Source of the DNA: Tubulanus polymorphus
Taxonomy: Eukaryota > Animalia > Nemertea
Direction: 5' to 3'
Assembly: GCF_964204645.1 (NCBI RefSeq)
Contig: NC_134036.1
Coordinates: forward strand, 9,899,859-9,963,858
Length of the DNA stretch: 64,000 bases
Part shown: positions 13,533 through 28,857 of the stretch, piece after piece
Layout of the letters: each line of letters opens with the position of its first letter
Position numbering within the stretch: position 1 is the stretch's first letter
Made by a program: the position numbers and the translations under genes
Notes under the pieces: model-generated
Databases searched by the model: none
The model's input: the letters and a program-made list of their open reading frames with translations, nothing else
Told to the model about the DNA's origin: nothing

Positions 13533-15099
13533 CTGAAAAAGAAAATTAAATGATAGTGAAAGCTTCACAAAAATGATATAAAATCCTACACTTTAACGAA
13601 AAAGAGTCCTTGAGCTTATTCGTATAAGACTTAAGTAATATGACTGAAGTTAAATATAGGATGCATGAATCATCTATAAGTGACTTCTAGATATCAAGTG
13701 ATTAGCGGGCTGTGTACATGCAACTGATTATGCTTTACCTATTTACTTCACCTATACCAAGTGCGGTGAATAAAGCTGTTATACCACATGATACACCACA
13801 TTTCATTACAAATCAACGTTTGTAATTTTTCCATTTTGTTTGAAATTACTATAATCTGTTATCGGCAGAGAGTTATGTATTTGCGTAGAATCACCACCAG
13901 TGAATAATATTTTCACCCCCAGTGAATAATATTCTCACACGCAGTGAAAAATATTTGTGGGGTGAATCATCTCAGCAGCTTATGGTTAAAATAAATATTG
14001 TCATTAGGATTTGCCTTTACTTGTGGGGTGAATTATCTATCCATGGCCTATACAGATCAAGCATGTACAGGTGGTCAGGTCATCAGTCAACCTGAGTTAG
14101 ACTTAATGAACATATATTGGTTTACTTAATTTCAGGTGCAGGCCATAAAGATGTAATTCGTCACTTGTAGTATGTGTAAAGCTGACAGAACTGTTGTAGG
14201 GCCTAACCAGTACATTAATAGTCATGAAGTGCAAAACAAGCTAAACCACCACAAGTTATTCCAACCCAACAAGCCAAAAACGTTCGAAGCCAAGAAATGG
14301 TCCATATATGACAAAGAAACTATGTGTCATCTTTTTCGAAATGGTTGGGTTTACTGCCCCTCCCAAAATGCATTGTCTATTGACCTTATGCATGAAATAT
14401 GTATTGCATATTGTTATAAAAGTTATTATTACACAGAAATTTACTAGAAGATCAATCGTCTCATTTTTCCCTTCTGATTTGATTTACCTGTCTCATTTAG
14501 AATCACAAACATAGACATGTACGCTTTGATGCACTGTAACATACATTTATTTTGGAAAACAAAACTGGTTTCAGTGAAACCACCAGGACTAAGCTTATAA
14601 ACTAATAGGCCTCCTATTTGTAAGGTGAATTATCTTATAGTCCTAGTTAACTTTTAGTAACATTTAATACTGTTTATAGGGTGCACCGATACTTGTGGGG
14701 TGAATTATCTATAAGTGACTTAGATCAAGCATATGAGTCACTTGTTGGTTGTGTACAACTGATAATTTAACATTTACCAATACCTTGTGGGGTGAATTAC
14801 TTATAGGCACAGGCACATAAATCTCTAGTCTTTCGTGGGGTGTTTAAAACAGGCAATGCTTTGGCATGATATTCCTATTGTTCCAGAGCTCACTAGGGTG
14901 ATTCCACTCCACCAAACTGAGAAATTGACCCCCACAATCTATCCATATATCTCACTGACTATGAATTTATTTAACATCTTGCATTGAAATTGATAGGTGC
15001 TTTTAGTTCGTTCCCGCCTGTTTTTTTCCAACCCGCTTTCGTTTCTCGGACCATTAAATGTTTCTTGCAGTTCTTAGTACAGCCAGTATTACGGCATAG

Positions 15100-18000
15100 G
15101 TTCCTTGCAGGTTTGAGTACAACCAGATAATTATGGGACCCTCCTGTTTTTCAAAGGGACCTGACTTGGCAATTTCTTATTGAAAAGACTGAAAACCTGT
15201 CTAATATTTTCAAGATCCCTTCCCTAAATATACCATGACAACAACATAGGAAGTAACACTCGAAATTGAGGCCAAAAATGACTATTTTGGGCACAAACAA
15301 TGTCACAGGATGGCAATCTTGTGTCCAATATATCCAGTTTTACTCATGGGCAAACAGTTTGATGCACTGTACCGTATATCTGCTTTTCACAAATTTCAAG
15401 ACTGGTTGCAGTGGAATCACCAGGACTAAGTTTTTCGACTAGGCCTAATAGGCCGATCTGTGAGGTGAATTATCTTTTAGTCCTGGCAAACTTATACAGT
15501 AGAACTGGTGTAAGTCTGACTATTCAAAGTTGCATCCCGAATTTTTCCAGATTATTTTCCTATTAAAATCTTTTATCAAAATTGGATTCTAGAAGTCAGA
15601 AATATCAGTTCAGAAAGTTTCAAAGGGACTAGCTAATTTCAGTTCTTTTTAGAAAAGATTGTCACCGGCGTGCAGTGTCTATTATGTACCGGCAGAATGA
15701 TTTTTCTGATGACGGACAAACATGATAAGCACAATAGAAGTCCGCTATAGAAAATAGCATTGACCCTGTGTCATTAGGGTTAGGGTCTTAATCTGTAGCT
15801 TACGCATATTACTCTAAGAAAACCTCCAAAATGCGACTCATTCGTAAATAAGAATTTTTCTAATTCTGACATTTTCCGTTGTCCCTATGTGTCCCAATTG
15901 AGTCAGTTCTCTAAAACTGTTTTTAAGGTACACCTATACTTGTGGGATGAATTATATATAAGGGATATAGATCAAGCATGCAAGTGACTTGTTGGTTGTG
16001 TACAACTGATAATTTAACATTTACCAATACCTTGCGGGGTGAATTATTTATAGCCCCAGGCCTCTGTACATAAATCTCTAGTCTTTCGTGGGGTGTTTAA
16101 AACAGGCAATGCTTTGGCATGATATACCTATTGTGCCAAGAGCTCACTAGGGTGATTCCACTCTACCAAACTGAGAAGTTGACTCCATAATTTACCCATA
16201 TATCTCACTGACTTGCCGGGCTTGAAATTGAGGGAAAAAATTACTACATATGGCACAAACAATGTCACATGATAGCAATCTCGTGTCCAATACATCCAGT
16301 TTTACTCAGTTTGATGCACTGTACCATACATCTGCTTTGACAAATTTCAAGATAGGTTGCAGTGGATTCACCAGGGTCTAAGCTTTTCGACTAGGCCTAG
16401 AAGGCCAATCTGTGAGGTGAATTTTCTTTTAGTCCTAGTAAACTTAGGCCCTATACAGTAGAACTGGCGTAAGTCACACTGCTCAAAGTTGCGTCCTGAT
16501 TTTTTTTTTCAGTTCCTGATTTTTTTTAGTTCATTTTCCTATCAAAATCGGATTCTAGAAGTCAGAAATTCAACTAAGTCAGCTAAAACATCAGTTCAGA
16601 AAGTTTCAAAACAATGAATTTTTTTATCTCTAAGTCAGTTAGCTAATTTCAGTTCTTTTTACAAAAACATTGCCTCTGGTGTGTAGTGTCTATTATGTAC
16701 AGGCGGATCGATTTTTCCGTTGACGGACAAACATGTTAAGCACAATAGAAGTCCGCTATAGAAAATAGTATTGACCCCGTGCCATAAGGGTTAGGGTCTT
16801 AAATCTGTAGCTAACTCAGATTTCTCCAAGAAAACCTCTAAATGAGACTCAATCTTGAATCGAAATTTTTCTTATTCTGACATTTTCTCGTCCTTACGTG
16901 TCCGTCCGACTTACACCAGATCTCTAAAACTGTTTTAAGGTACACCTATACTTGTGGGATGAATTATTTATAAGTGAGTTAGATCAAGCATATCAGTGAC
17001 TTGTGGGCTGTGTACAACTGATAACTTAAGATTTACCAATACCTTGCGGGGTGAATTATTTATAGCCCCAGGCCTCTGTACATAAATCTCTAGTCTTTCG
17101 TAGGGTGTTTAAAACAGGCAATATTTTGGCACGATAAATACCTATTGTCCTAAGAGCACACTAGGGCGATTCCTCTCGACCAAACTGAGAAATCATCTAA
17201 TATCTAATGATGAAATTGATGGGTGCTTTTAGTTCGTTCCCTCTAACACATTCTCTGTTGAACTATGTGTGGAATATGTTCTGGGACTTAGCTCTTATTG
17301 AAAACACTGCAAATGACTGATCAGATGATCAGTGTTTTCACTAAGAGTCAAGTCCCAGACCCATTCCTAGCAGGTTTTAGTACAACCAGAAAATTATGGG
17401 ACCCTCCTGGTTTTCAAAGGGACCTGACTTGGCAATATCTTATTGAAAAGACTGAAAACCTGTCTAATATTTTCAAGATCCCTTCCCTAAATATACCATG
17501 ACAACAACATAGGAAGTAACACTCGAAATTGAGGCCAAAAATGACTATTTCGGGCACAAACAATGTCACAGGATGGCCATCTTGTGTCCAAAATATCCAG
17601 TTTTACTCATGGGCAAACAGTTTGATGCACTGTACCGTGTATCTGCTTTTCACAAATTTCAAGACTGGTTGCAGTGGAATCACCAGGACTAAGTTTTTCG
17701 ACTAGGCCTAATAGGCCGATCTGTGAGGTGAATTATCTTTTAGTCCTGGCAAACTTATACAGTAGAACTGGTGTAAGTCTGACTATTCAAAGTTGCATCC
17801 CGAATTTTTCCAGATTATTTTCCTATTAAAATCTTTTATCAAAATTGGATTCTAGAAGTCAGAAATATCAGTTCAGAAAGTTTCAAAGGGACTAGCTAAT
17901 TTCAGTTCTTTTTAGAAAAGATTGTCACCGGCGTGCAGTGTCTATTATGTACCGGCAGAATGATTTTTCTGATGACGGACAAACATGATAAGCACAATAG

Positions 18001-21000
18001 AAGTCCGCTATAGAAAATAGCATTGACCCTGTGTCATTAGGGTTAGGGTCTTAATCTGTAGCTTACGCATATTACTCTAAGAAAACCTCCAAAATGCGAC
18101 TCATTCGTAAATAAGAATTTTTCTAATTCTGACATTTTCCGTTGTCCCTATGTGTCCCAATTGAGTCAGTTCTCTAAAACTGTTTTTAAGGTACACCTAT
18201 ACTTGTGGGATGAATTATATATAAGGGATATAGATCAAGCATGCAAGTGACTTGTTGGTTGTGTACAACTGATAATTTAACATTTACCAATACCTTGCGG
18301 GGTGAATTATTTATAGCCCCAGGCCTCTGTACATAAATCTCTAGTCTTTCGTGGGGTGTTTAAAACAGGCAATGCTTTGGCATGATATACCTATTGTGCC
18401 AAGAGCTCACTAGGGTGATTCCACTCTACCAAACTGAGAAGTTGACTCCATAATTTACCCATATATCTCACTGACTTGCCGGGCTTGAAATTGAGGGAAA
18501 AAATTACTACATATGGCACAAACAATGTCACATGATAGCAATCTTGTGTCCAATACATCCAGTTTTACTCAGTTTGATGCACTGTACCATACATCTGCTT
18601 TGACAAATTTCAAGATAGGTTGCAGTGGATTCACCAGGGTCTAAGCTTTTCGACTAGGCCTAGAAGGCCAATCTGTGAGGTGAATTTTCTTTTAGTCCTA
18701 GTAAACTTAGGCCCTATACAGTAGAACTGGCGTAAGTCACACTGCTCAAAGTTGCGTCCTGATTTTTTTTTTCAGTTCCTGATTTTTTTTAGTTCATTTT
18801 CCTATCAAAATCGGATTCTAGAAGTCAGAAATTCAACTAAGTCAGCTAAAACATCAGTTCAGAAAGTTTCAAAACAATGAATTTTTTAATCTCTAAGTCA
18901 GTTAGCTAATTTCAGTTCTTTTTACAAAAACATTGCCTCTGGTGTGTAGTGTCTATTATGTACAGGCGGATCGATTTTTCCGTTGACGGACAAACATGTT
19001 AAGCACAATAGAAGTCCGCTATAGAAAATAGTATTGACCCCGTGCCATAAGGGTTAGGGTCTTAAATCTGTAGCTAACTCAGATTTCTCCAAGAAAACCT
19101 CTAAATGAGACTCAATCTTGAATCGAAATTTTTCTTATTCTGACATTTTCTCGTCCTTACGTGTCCGTCCGACTTACACCAGATCTCTAAAACTGTTTTA
19201 AGGTACACCTATACTTGTGGGATGAATTATTTATAAGTGAGTTAGATCAAGCATATCAGTGACTTGTGGGCTGTGTACAACTGATAACTTAAGATTTACC
19301 AATACCTTGCGGGGTGAATTATTTATAGCCCCAGGCCTCTGTACATAAATCTCTAGTCTTTCGTAGGGTGTTTAAAACAGGCAATATTTTGGCACGATAA
19401 ATACCTATTGTCCTAAGAGCACACTAGGGCGATTCCTCTCGACCAAACTGAGAAATCATCTAATATCTAATGATGAAATTGATGGGTGCTTTTAGTTCGT
19501 TCCCTCTAACACATTCTCTGTTGAACTATGTGTGGAATATGTTCTGGGACTTAGCTCTTATTGAAAACACTGCAAATGACTGATCAGATGATCAGTGTTT
19601 TCACTAAGAGTCAAGTCCCAGACCCATTCCTAGCAGGTTTTAGTACAACCAGAAAATTATGGGACCCTCCTGGTTTTCAAAGGGACCTGACTTGGCAATA
19701 TCTTATTGAAAAGACTGAAAACCTGTCTAATATTTTCAAGATCCCTTCCCTAAATATACCATGACAACAACATAGGAAGTAACACTCGAAATTGAGGCCA
19801 AAAATGACTATTTCGGGCACAAACAATGTCACAGGATGGCCATCTTGTGTCCAAAATATCCAGTTTTACTCATGGGCAAACAGTTTGATGCACTGTACCG
19901 TGTATCTGCTTTTCACAAATTTCAAGACTGGTTGCAGTGGAATCACCAGGACTAAGTTTTTCGACTAGGCCTAATAGGCCGATCTGTGAGGTGAATTATC
20001 TTTTAGTCCTGGCAAACTTATACAGTAGAACTGGTGTAAGTCTGACTATTCAAAGTTGCATCCCGAATTTTTCCAGATTATTTTCCTATTAAAATCTTTT
20101 ATCAAAATTGGATTCTAGAAGTCAGAAATATCAGTTCAGAAAGTTTCAAAGGGACTAGCTAATTTCAGTTCTTTTTAGAAAAGATTGTCACCGGCGTGCA
20201 GTGTCTATTATGTACCAGCAGAATGATTTTTCTGATGACGGACAAACATGATAAGCACAATAGAAGTCCGCTATAGAAAATAGCATTGACCCTGTGTCAT
20301 TAGGGTTAGGGTCTTAATCTGTAGCTTACGCATATTACTCTAAGAAAACCTCCAAAATGCGACTCATTCGTAAATAAGAATTTTTCTAATTCTGACATTT
20401 TCCGTTGTCCCTATGTGTCCCAATTGAGTCAGTTCTCTAAAACTGTTTTTAAGGTACACCTATACTTGTGGGATGAATTATATATAAGGGATATAGATCA
20501 AGCATGCAAGTGACTTGTTGGTTGTGTACAACTGATAATTTAACATTTACCAATACCTTGCGGGGTGAATTATTTATAGCCCCAGGCCTCTGTACATAAA
20601 TCTCTAGTCTTTCGTGGGGTGTTTAAAACAGGCAATGCTTTGGCATGATATACCTATTGTGCCAAGAGCTCACTAGGGTGATTCCACTCTACCAAACTGA
20701 GAAGTTGACTCCATAATTTACCCATATATCTCACTGACTTGCCGGGCTTGAAATTGAGGGAAAAAATTACTACATATGGCACAAACAATGTCACATGATA
20801 GCAATCTTGTGTCCAATACATCCAGTTTTACTCAGTTTGATGCACTGTACCATACATCTGCTTTGACAAATTTCAAGATAGGTTGCAGTGGATTCACCAG
20901 GGTCTAAGCTTTTCGACTAGGCCTAGAAGGCCAATCTGTGAGGTGAATTTTCTTTTAGTCCTAGTAAACTTAGGCCCTATACAGTAGAACTGGCGTAAGT

Positions 21001-24000
21001 CACACTGCTCAAAGTTGCGTCCTGATTTTTTTTTTCAGTTCCTGATTTTTTTTAGTTCATTTTCCTATCAAAATCGGATTCTAGAAGTCAGAAATTCAAC
21101 TAAGTCAGCTAAAACATCAGTTCAGAAAGTTTCAAAACAATGAATTTTTTAATCTCTAAGTCAGTTAGCTAATTTCAGTTCTTTTTACAAAAACATTGCC
21201 TCTGGTGTGTAGTGTCTATTATGTACAGGCGGATCGATTTTTCCGTTGACGGACAAACATGTTAAGCACAATAGAAGTCCGCTATAGAAAATAGTATTGA
21301 CCCCGTGCCATAAGGGTTAGGGTCTTAAATCTGTAGCTAACTCAGATTTCTCCAAGAAAACCTCTAAATGAGACTCAATCTTGAATCGAAATTTTTCTTA
21401 TTCTGACATTTTCTCGTCCTTACGTGTCCGTCCGACTTACACCAGATCTCTAAAACTGTTTTAAGGTACACCTATACTTGTGGGATGAATTATTTATAAG
21501 TGAGTTAGATCAAGCATATCAGTGACTTGTGGGCTGTGTACAACTGATAACTTAAGATTTACCAATACCTTGCGGGGTGAATTATTTATAGCCCCAGGCC
21601 TCTGTACATAAATCTCTAGTCTTTCGTAGGGTGTTTAAAACAGGCAATATTTTGGCACGATAAATACCTATTGTCCTAAGAGCACACTAGGGCGATTCCT
21701 CTCGACCAAACTGAGAAATCATCTAATATCTAATGATGAAATTGATGGGTGCTTTTAGTTCGTTCCCTCTAACACATTCTCTGTTGAACTATGTGTGGAA
21801 TATGTTCTGGGACTTAGCTCTTATTGAAAACACTGCAAATGACTGATCAGATGATCAGTGTTTTCACTAAGAGTCAAGTCCCAGACCCATTCCTAGCAGG
21901 TTTTAGTACAACCAGAAAATTATGGGACCCTCCTGGTTTTCAAAGGGACCTGACTTGGCAATATCTTATTGAAAAGACTGAAAACCTGTCTAATATTTTC
22001 AAGATCCCTTCCCTAAATATACCATGACAACAACATAGGAAGTAACACTCGAAATTGAGGCCAAAAATGACTATTTCGGGCACAAACAATGTCACAGGAT
22101 GGCCATCTTGTGTCCAAAATATCCAGTTTTACTCATGGGCAAACAGTTTGATGCACTGTACCGTGTATCTGCTTTTCACAAATTTCAAGACTGGTTGCAG
22201 TGGAATCACCAGGACTAAGTTTTTCGACTAGGCCTAATAGGCCGATCTGTGAGGTGAATTATCTTTTAGTCCTGGCAAACTTATACAGTAGAACTGGTGT
22301 AAGTCTGACTATTCAAAGTTGCATCCCGAATTTTTCCAGATTATTTTCCTATTAAAATCTTTTATCAAAATTGGATTCTAGAAGTCAGAAATATCAGTTC
22401 AGAAAGTTTCAAAGGGACTAGCTAATTTCAGTTCTTTTTAGAAAAGATTGTCACCGGCGTGCAGTGTCTATTATGTACCGGCAGAATGATTTTTCTGATG
22501 ACGGACAAACATGATAAGCACAATAGAAGTCCGCTATAGAAAATAGCATTGACCCTGTGTCATTAGGGTTAGGGTCTTAATCTGCAGCTTACGCATATTA
22601 CTCTAAGAAAACCTCCAAAATGCGACTCATTCGTAAATAAGAATTTTTCTAATTCTGACATTTTCCGTTGTCCCTATGTGTCCCAATTGAGTCAGTTCTC
22701 TAAAACTGTTTTTAAGGTACACCTATACTTGTGGGATGAATTATATATAAGGGATATAGATCAAGCATGCAAGTGACTTGTTGGTTGTGTACAACTGATA
22801 ATTTAACATTTACCAATACCTTGCGGGGTGAATTATTTATAGCCCCAGGCCTCTGTACATAAATCTCTAGTCTTTCGTGGGGTGTTTAAAACAGGCAATG
22901 CTTTGGCATGATATACCTATTGTGCCAAGAGCTCACTAGGGTGATTCCACTCTACCAAACTGAGAAGTTGACTCCATAATTTACCCATATATCTCACTGA
23001 CTTGCCGGGCTTGAAATTGAGGGAAAAAATTACTACATATGGCACAAACAATGTCACATGATAGCAATCTTGTGTCCAATACATCCAGTTTTACTCAGTT
23101 TGATGCACTGTACCATACATCTGCTTTGACAAATTTCAAGATAGGTTGCAGTGGATTCACCAGGGTCTAAGCTTTTCGACTAGGCCTAGAAGGCCAATCT
23201 GTGAGGTGAATTTTCTTTTAGTCCTAGTAAACTTAGGCCCTATACAGTAGAACTGGCGTAAGTCACACTGCTCAAAGTTGCGTCCTGATTTTTTTTTTTC
23301 AGTTCCTGATTTTTTTTAGTTCATTTTCCTATCAAAATCTGTTAGCAAAATTTGTCTCAAAATCGGATTCTAGAAGTCAGAAATTCAACTAAGTCAGCTA
23401 AAACATCAGTTCAGAAAGTTTCAAAACAATGAATTTTTTAATCTCTAAGTCAGTTAGCTAATTTCAGTTCTTTTTACAAAAAGATTGCCACTGGTGTGTA
23501 GTGTCTATTATGTACAGGCGGATCGATTTTTCCGTTGACGGACAAACATGTTAAGCACAATAGAAGTCCGCTATAGAAAATAGTATTGACCCCGTGCCAT
23601 TAGGGTTAGGGTCTTAAATCTGTAGCTAACTCAGATTTCTCCAAAAAACCTCTAAATGAGACTCAATCTTGAATCGAAATTTTTCTTATTCTGACATTTT
23701 CTCGTCCTTACGTGTCCGTCCGACTTACACCAGATCTCTAAAACTGTTTTAAGGTACACCTATACTTGTGGGATGAATTATTTATAAGTGAGTTAGATCA
23801 AGCATATGAGTGACTTGTGGGCTGTGTACAACTGATAACTTAAGATTTACCAATACCTTGCTGGGTGAATTATTTATAGCCCCAGGCCTCTGTACATAAA
23901 TCTCTAGTCTTTCGTAGGGTGTTTAAAACAGGCAATATTTTGGCACGATAAATACCTATTGTCCTAAGAGCACACTAGGGCGATTCCTCTCGACCAAACT

Positions 24001-27000
24001 GAGAAATCATCTAATATCTAATGATGAAATTGATGGGTGCTTTTAGTTCGTTCCCTCTAACACATTCTCTGTTGAACTATGTGTGGAATATGTTCTGGGA
24101 CTTAGCTCTTATTGAAAACACTGCAAATGACTGATCAGATGATCAGTGTTTTCACTAAGAGTCAAGTCCCAGACCCATTCCTAGCAGGTTTTAGTACAAC
24201 CAGAAAATTATGGGACCCTCCTGGTTTTCAAAGGGACCTGACTTGGCAATATCTTATTGAAAAGACTGAAAACCTGTCTAATATTTTCAAGATCCCTTCC
24301 CTAAATATACCATGACAACAACATAGGAAGTAACACTCGAAATTGAGGCCAAAAATGACTATTTCGGGCACAAACAATGTCACAGGATGGCCATCTTGTG
24401 TCCAATATATCCAGTTTTACTCATGGGCAAACAGTTTGATGCACTGTACCGTGTATCTGCTTTTCACAAATTTCAAGACTGGTTGCAGTGGAATCACCAG
24501 GACTAAGTTTTTCGACTAGGCCTAATAGGCCGATCTGTGAGGTGAATTATCTTTTAGTCCTGGCAAACTTATACAGTAGAACTGGTGTAAGTCTGACTAT
24601 TCAAAGTTGCATCCCGAATTTTTCCAGATTATTTTCCTATTAAAATCTTTTATCAAAATTGGATTCTAGAAGTCAGAAATATCAGTTCAGAAAGTTTCAA
24701 AGGGACTAGCTAATTTCAGTTCTTTTTAGAAAAGATTGTCACCGGCGTGCAGTGTCTATTATGTACCGGCAGAATGATTTTTCTGATGACGGACAAACAT
24801 GATAAGCACAATAGAAGTCCGCTATAGAAAATAGCATTGACCCTGTGTCATTAGGGTTAGGGTCTTAATCTGTAGCTTACGCATATTACTCTAAGAAAAC
24901 CTCCAAAATGCGACTCATTCGTAAATAAGAATTTTTCTAATTCTGACATTTTCCGTTGTCCCTATGTGTCCCAATTGAGTCAGTTCTCTAAAACTGTTTT
25001 TAAGGTACACCTATACTTGTGGGATGAATTATATATAAGGGATATAGATCAAGCATGCAAGTGACTTGTTGGTTGTGTACAACTGATAATTTAACATTTA
25101 CCAATACCTTGCGGGGTGAATTATTTATAGCCCCAGGCCTCTGTACATAAATCTCTAGTCTTTCGTGGGGTGTTTAAAACAGGCAATGCTTTGGCATGAT
25201 ATACCTATTGTGCCAAGAGCTCACTAGGGTGATTCCACTCTACCAAACTGAGAAGTTGACTCCATAATTTACCCATATATCTCACTGACTTGCCGGGCTT
25301 GAAATTGAGGGAAAAAATTACTACATATGGCACAAACAATGTCACATGATAGCAATCTTGTGTCAAATACATCCAGTTTTACTCAGTTTGATGCACTGTA
25401 CCATACATCTGCTTTGACAAATTTCAAGATAGGTTGCAGTGGATTCACCAGGGTCTAAGCTTTTCGACTAGGCCTAGAAGGCCAATCTGTGAGGTGAATT
25501 TTCTTTTAGTCCTAGTAAACTTAGGCCCTATACAGTAGAACTGGCGTAAGTCACACTGCTCAAAGTTGCGTCCTGATTTTTTTTTTCAGTTCCTGATTTT
25601 TTTTAGTTCATTTTCCTATCAAAATCTGTTAGCAAAATTTGTCTCAAAATCGGATTCTAGAAGTCAGAAATTCAACTAAGTCAGCTAAAACATCAGTTCA
25701 GAAAGTTTCAAAACAATGAATTTTTTAATCTCTAAGTCAGTTAGCTAATTTCAGTTCTTTTTACAAAAACATTGCCTCTGGTGTGTAGTGTCTATTATGT
25801 ACAGGCGGATCGATTTTTCCGTTGACGGACAAACATGTTAAGCACAATAGAAGTCCGCTATAGAAAATAGTATTGACCCCGTGCCATTAGGGTTAGGGTC
25901 TTAAATCTGAAGCTAACTCAGATTTCTCCAAGAAAACCTCTAAATGAGACTCAATCTTGAATCGAAATTTTTCTTATTCTGACATTTTCTCGTCCTTACG
26001 TGTCCGTCCGACTTACACCAGATCTCTAAAACTGTTTTAAGGTACACCTATACTTGTGGGATGAATTATTTATAAGTGAGTTAGATCAAGCATATCAGTG
26101 ACTTGTGGGCTGTGTACAACTGATAACTTAAGATTTACCAATACCTTGCGGGGTGAATTATTTATAGCCCCAGGCCTCTGTACATAAATCTCTAGTCTTT
26201 CGTGGGGTGTTTAAAACAGGCAATACTTTGGCACGATAAATACCTATTGTCCTAAGAGCACACTAGGGCGATTCCTCTCCACCAAACTGAGAAATCATCT
26301 AATATCTAATGATGAAATTGATGGGTGCTTTTAGTTCGTTCCCTCTAACACATTCTCTGTTGAACTATGTGTGGAATATGTTCTGGGACTTAGCTCTTAT
26401 TGAAAACACTGCAAATGACTGATCAGAAGATCAGTGTTTTCAATAAGAGTCAAGTCCCAGACCCATTCCTAGCAGGTTTTAGTACAACCAGAAAATTATG
26501 GGACCCTCCTGGTTTTCAAAGGGACCTGACTTGGCAATATCTTATTGAAAAGACTGAAAACCTGTCTAATATTTTCAAGATCCCTTCCCTAAATATACCA
26601 TGACAACAACATAGGAAGTAACACTCGAAATTGAGGCCAAAAATGACTATTTTGGGCACAAACAATGTCACAGGATGGCCATCTTGTGTCCAATATATCC
26701 AGTTTTACTCATGGGCAAACAGTTTGATGCACTGTACCGTATATCTGCTTTTCACAAATTTTAAGACTGGTTGCAGTGGAATCACCAGGACTAAGTTTTT
26801 CGACTAGGCCTAATAAGCCGATCTGTGAGGTGAATTATCTTTTAGTCCTGGCAAACTTATACAGTAGAACTGGTGTAAGTCTGACTATTCAAAGTTGCAT
26901 CCCGAATTTTTCCAGATTATTTTCCTATTAAAATCTTTTATCAAAATTGGATTCTAGAAGTCAGAAATATCAGTTCAGAAAGTTTCAAAGGGACTAGCTA

Positions 27001-28808
27001 ATTTCAGTTCTTTTTAGAAAAGATTGTCACCGGCGTGCAGTGTCTATTATGTACCGGCAGAATGATTTTTCTGATGACGGACAAACATGATAAGCACAAT
27101 AGAAGTCCGCTATAGAAAATAGCATTGACCCTGTGTCATTAGGGTTAGGGTCTTAATCTGTAGCTTACGCATATTACTCTAAGAAAACCTCCAAAATGCG
27201 ACTCATTCGTAAATAAGAATTTTTCTAATTCTGACATTTTCCGTTGTCCCTATGTGTCCCAATTGAGTCAGTTCTCTAAAACTGTTTTTAAGGTACACCT
27301 ATACTTGTGGGATGAATTATATATAAGGGATATAGATCAAGCATGCAAGTGACTTGTTGGTTGTGTACAACTGATAATTTAACATTTACCAATACCTTGC
27401 GGGGTGAATTATTTATAGCCCCAGGCCTCTGTACATAAATCTCTAGTCTTTCGTGGGGTGTTTAAAACAGGCAATGCTTTGGCATGATATACCTATTGTG
27501 CCAAGAGCTCACTAGGGTGATTCCACTCTACCAAACTGAGAAGTTGACTCCATAATTTACCCATATATCTCACTGACTTGCCGGGCTTGAAATTGAGGGA
27601 AAAAATTACTACATATGGCACAAACAATGTCACATGATAGCAATCTTGTGTCCAATACATCCAGTTTTACTCAGTTTGATGCACTGTACCATACATCTGC
27701 TTTGACAAATTTCAAGATAGGTTGCAGTGGATTCACCAGGGTCTAAGCTTTTCGACTAGGCCTAGAAGGCCAATCTGTGAGGTGAATTTTCTTTTAGTCC
27801 TAGTAAACTTAGGCCCTATACAGTAGAACTGGCGTAAGTCACACTGCTCAAAGTTGCGTCCTGATTTTTTTTTTCAGTTCCTGATTTTTTTTAGTTCATT
27901 TTCCTATCAAAATCTGTTAGCAAAATTTGTCTCAAAATCGGATTCTAGAAGTCAGAAATTCAACTAAGTCAGCTAAAACATCAGTTCAGAAAGTTTCAAA
28001 ACAATGAATTTTTTAATCTCTAAGTCAGTTAGCTAATTTCAGTTCTTTTTACAAAAACATTGCCTCTGGTGTGTAGTGTCTATTATGTACAGGCGGATCG
28101 ATTCTTCCGTTGACGGACAAACTTGTTAAGCACAATAGAAGTCCCCTATAGAAAATAGTATTGACCCCGTGCCATTAGGGTTAGGGTCTTAAATCTGTAG
28201 CTAACTCAGATTTCTCCAAGAAAACCTCTAAATGAGACTCAATCTTGAATCGAAATTTTTCTTATTCTGACATTTTCTCGTCCTTACGTGTCCGTCCGAC
28301 TTACACCAGATCTCTAAAACTGTTTTAAGGTACACCTATACTTGTGGGATGAATTATTTATAAGTGAGTTAGGTCAAGCATATGAGTGACTTGTGGGCTG
28401 TGTACAACTGATAACTTAAGATTTACCAATACCTTGCGGGGTGAATTATTTATAGCCCCAGGCCTCTGTACATAAATCTCTAGTCTTTCGTGGGGTGTTT
28501 AAAACAGGCAATACTTTGGCACGATAAATACCTATTGTCCTAAGAGCACACTAGGGCGATTCCACTCGACCAAACTGAGAAATCATCTAATATCTTATGA
28601 TGAAATTGATCGGGCTTTTAGGTTGTTCCCTCTAACACATTCTTCGTTGAACCATGAGTGAAATATGTTCTGGGACGTGAATCTTATCGAAAACACTGCA
28701 AGTGACTGATCAAAAAACCTGTCTAATATGTTCAAGATCCCATCCCTAAATAAACCATGACAATACCATTAGGAAGAAACACTCGCAATTGAGGCCAAAA
28801 ATGACTAT
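15100..28808. repeat. Tandem array of six near-identical 2263/2288-bp units, each a dimer of two diverged subunits
   Basis: An identical 67-aa marker ORF recurs at 17298, 19561, 21824, 24112 and 26400 (spacing 2263, 2263, 2288, 2288). Subunits start with gaaattgagg at ~15262, 16224 and 17525. Confidence 0.97.
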
Positions 28809-28857
28809 TATATATTCCGATGACAACAGTGCAAGATTATAAAAACATTAGACCTAC

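Noticed and set aside
15774-15786. Telomere or interstitial telomeric array
   Set aside because: Only two TTAGGG units per subunit, inside a MITE-like segment.
17298-26603. Five copies of a 67-aa ORF
   Set aside because: TTG-initiated chance ORF inside the satellite unit with no recognisable domain; used only as a period marker.
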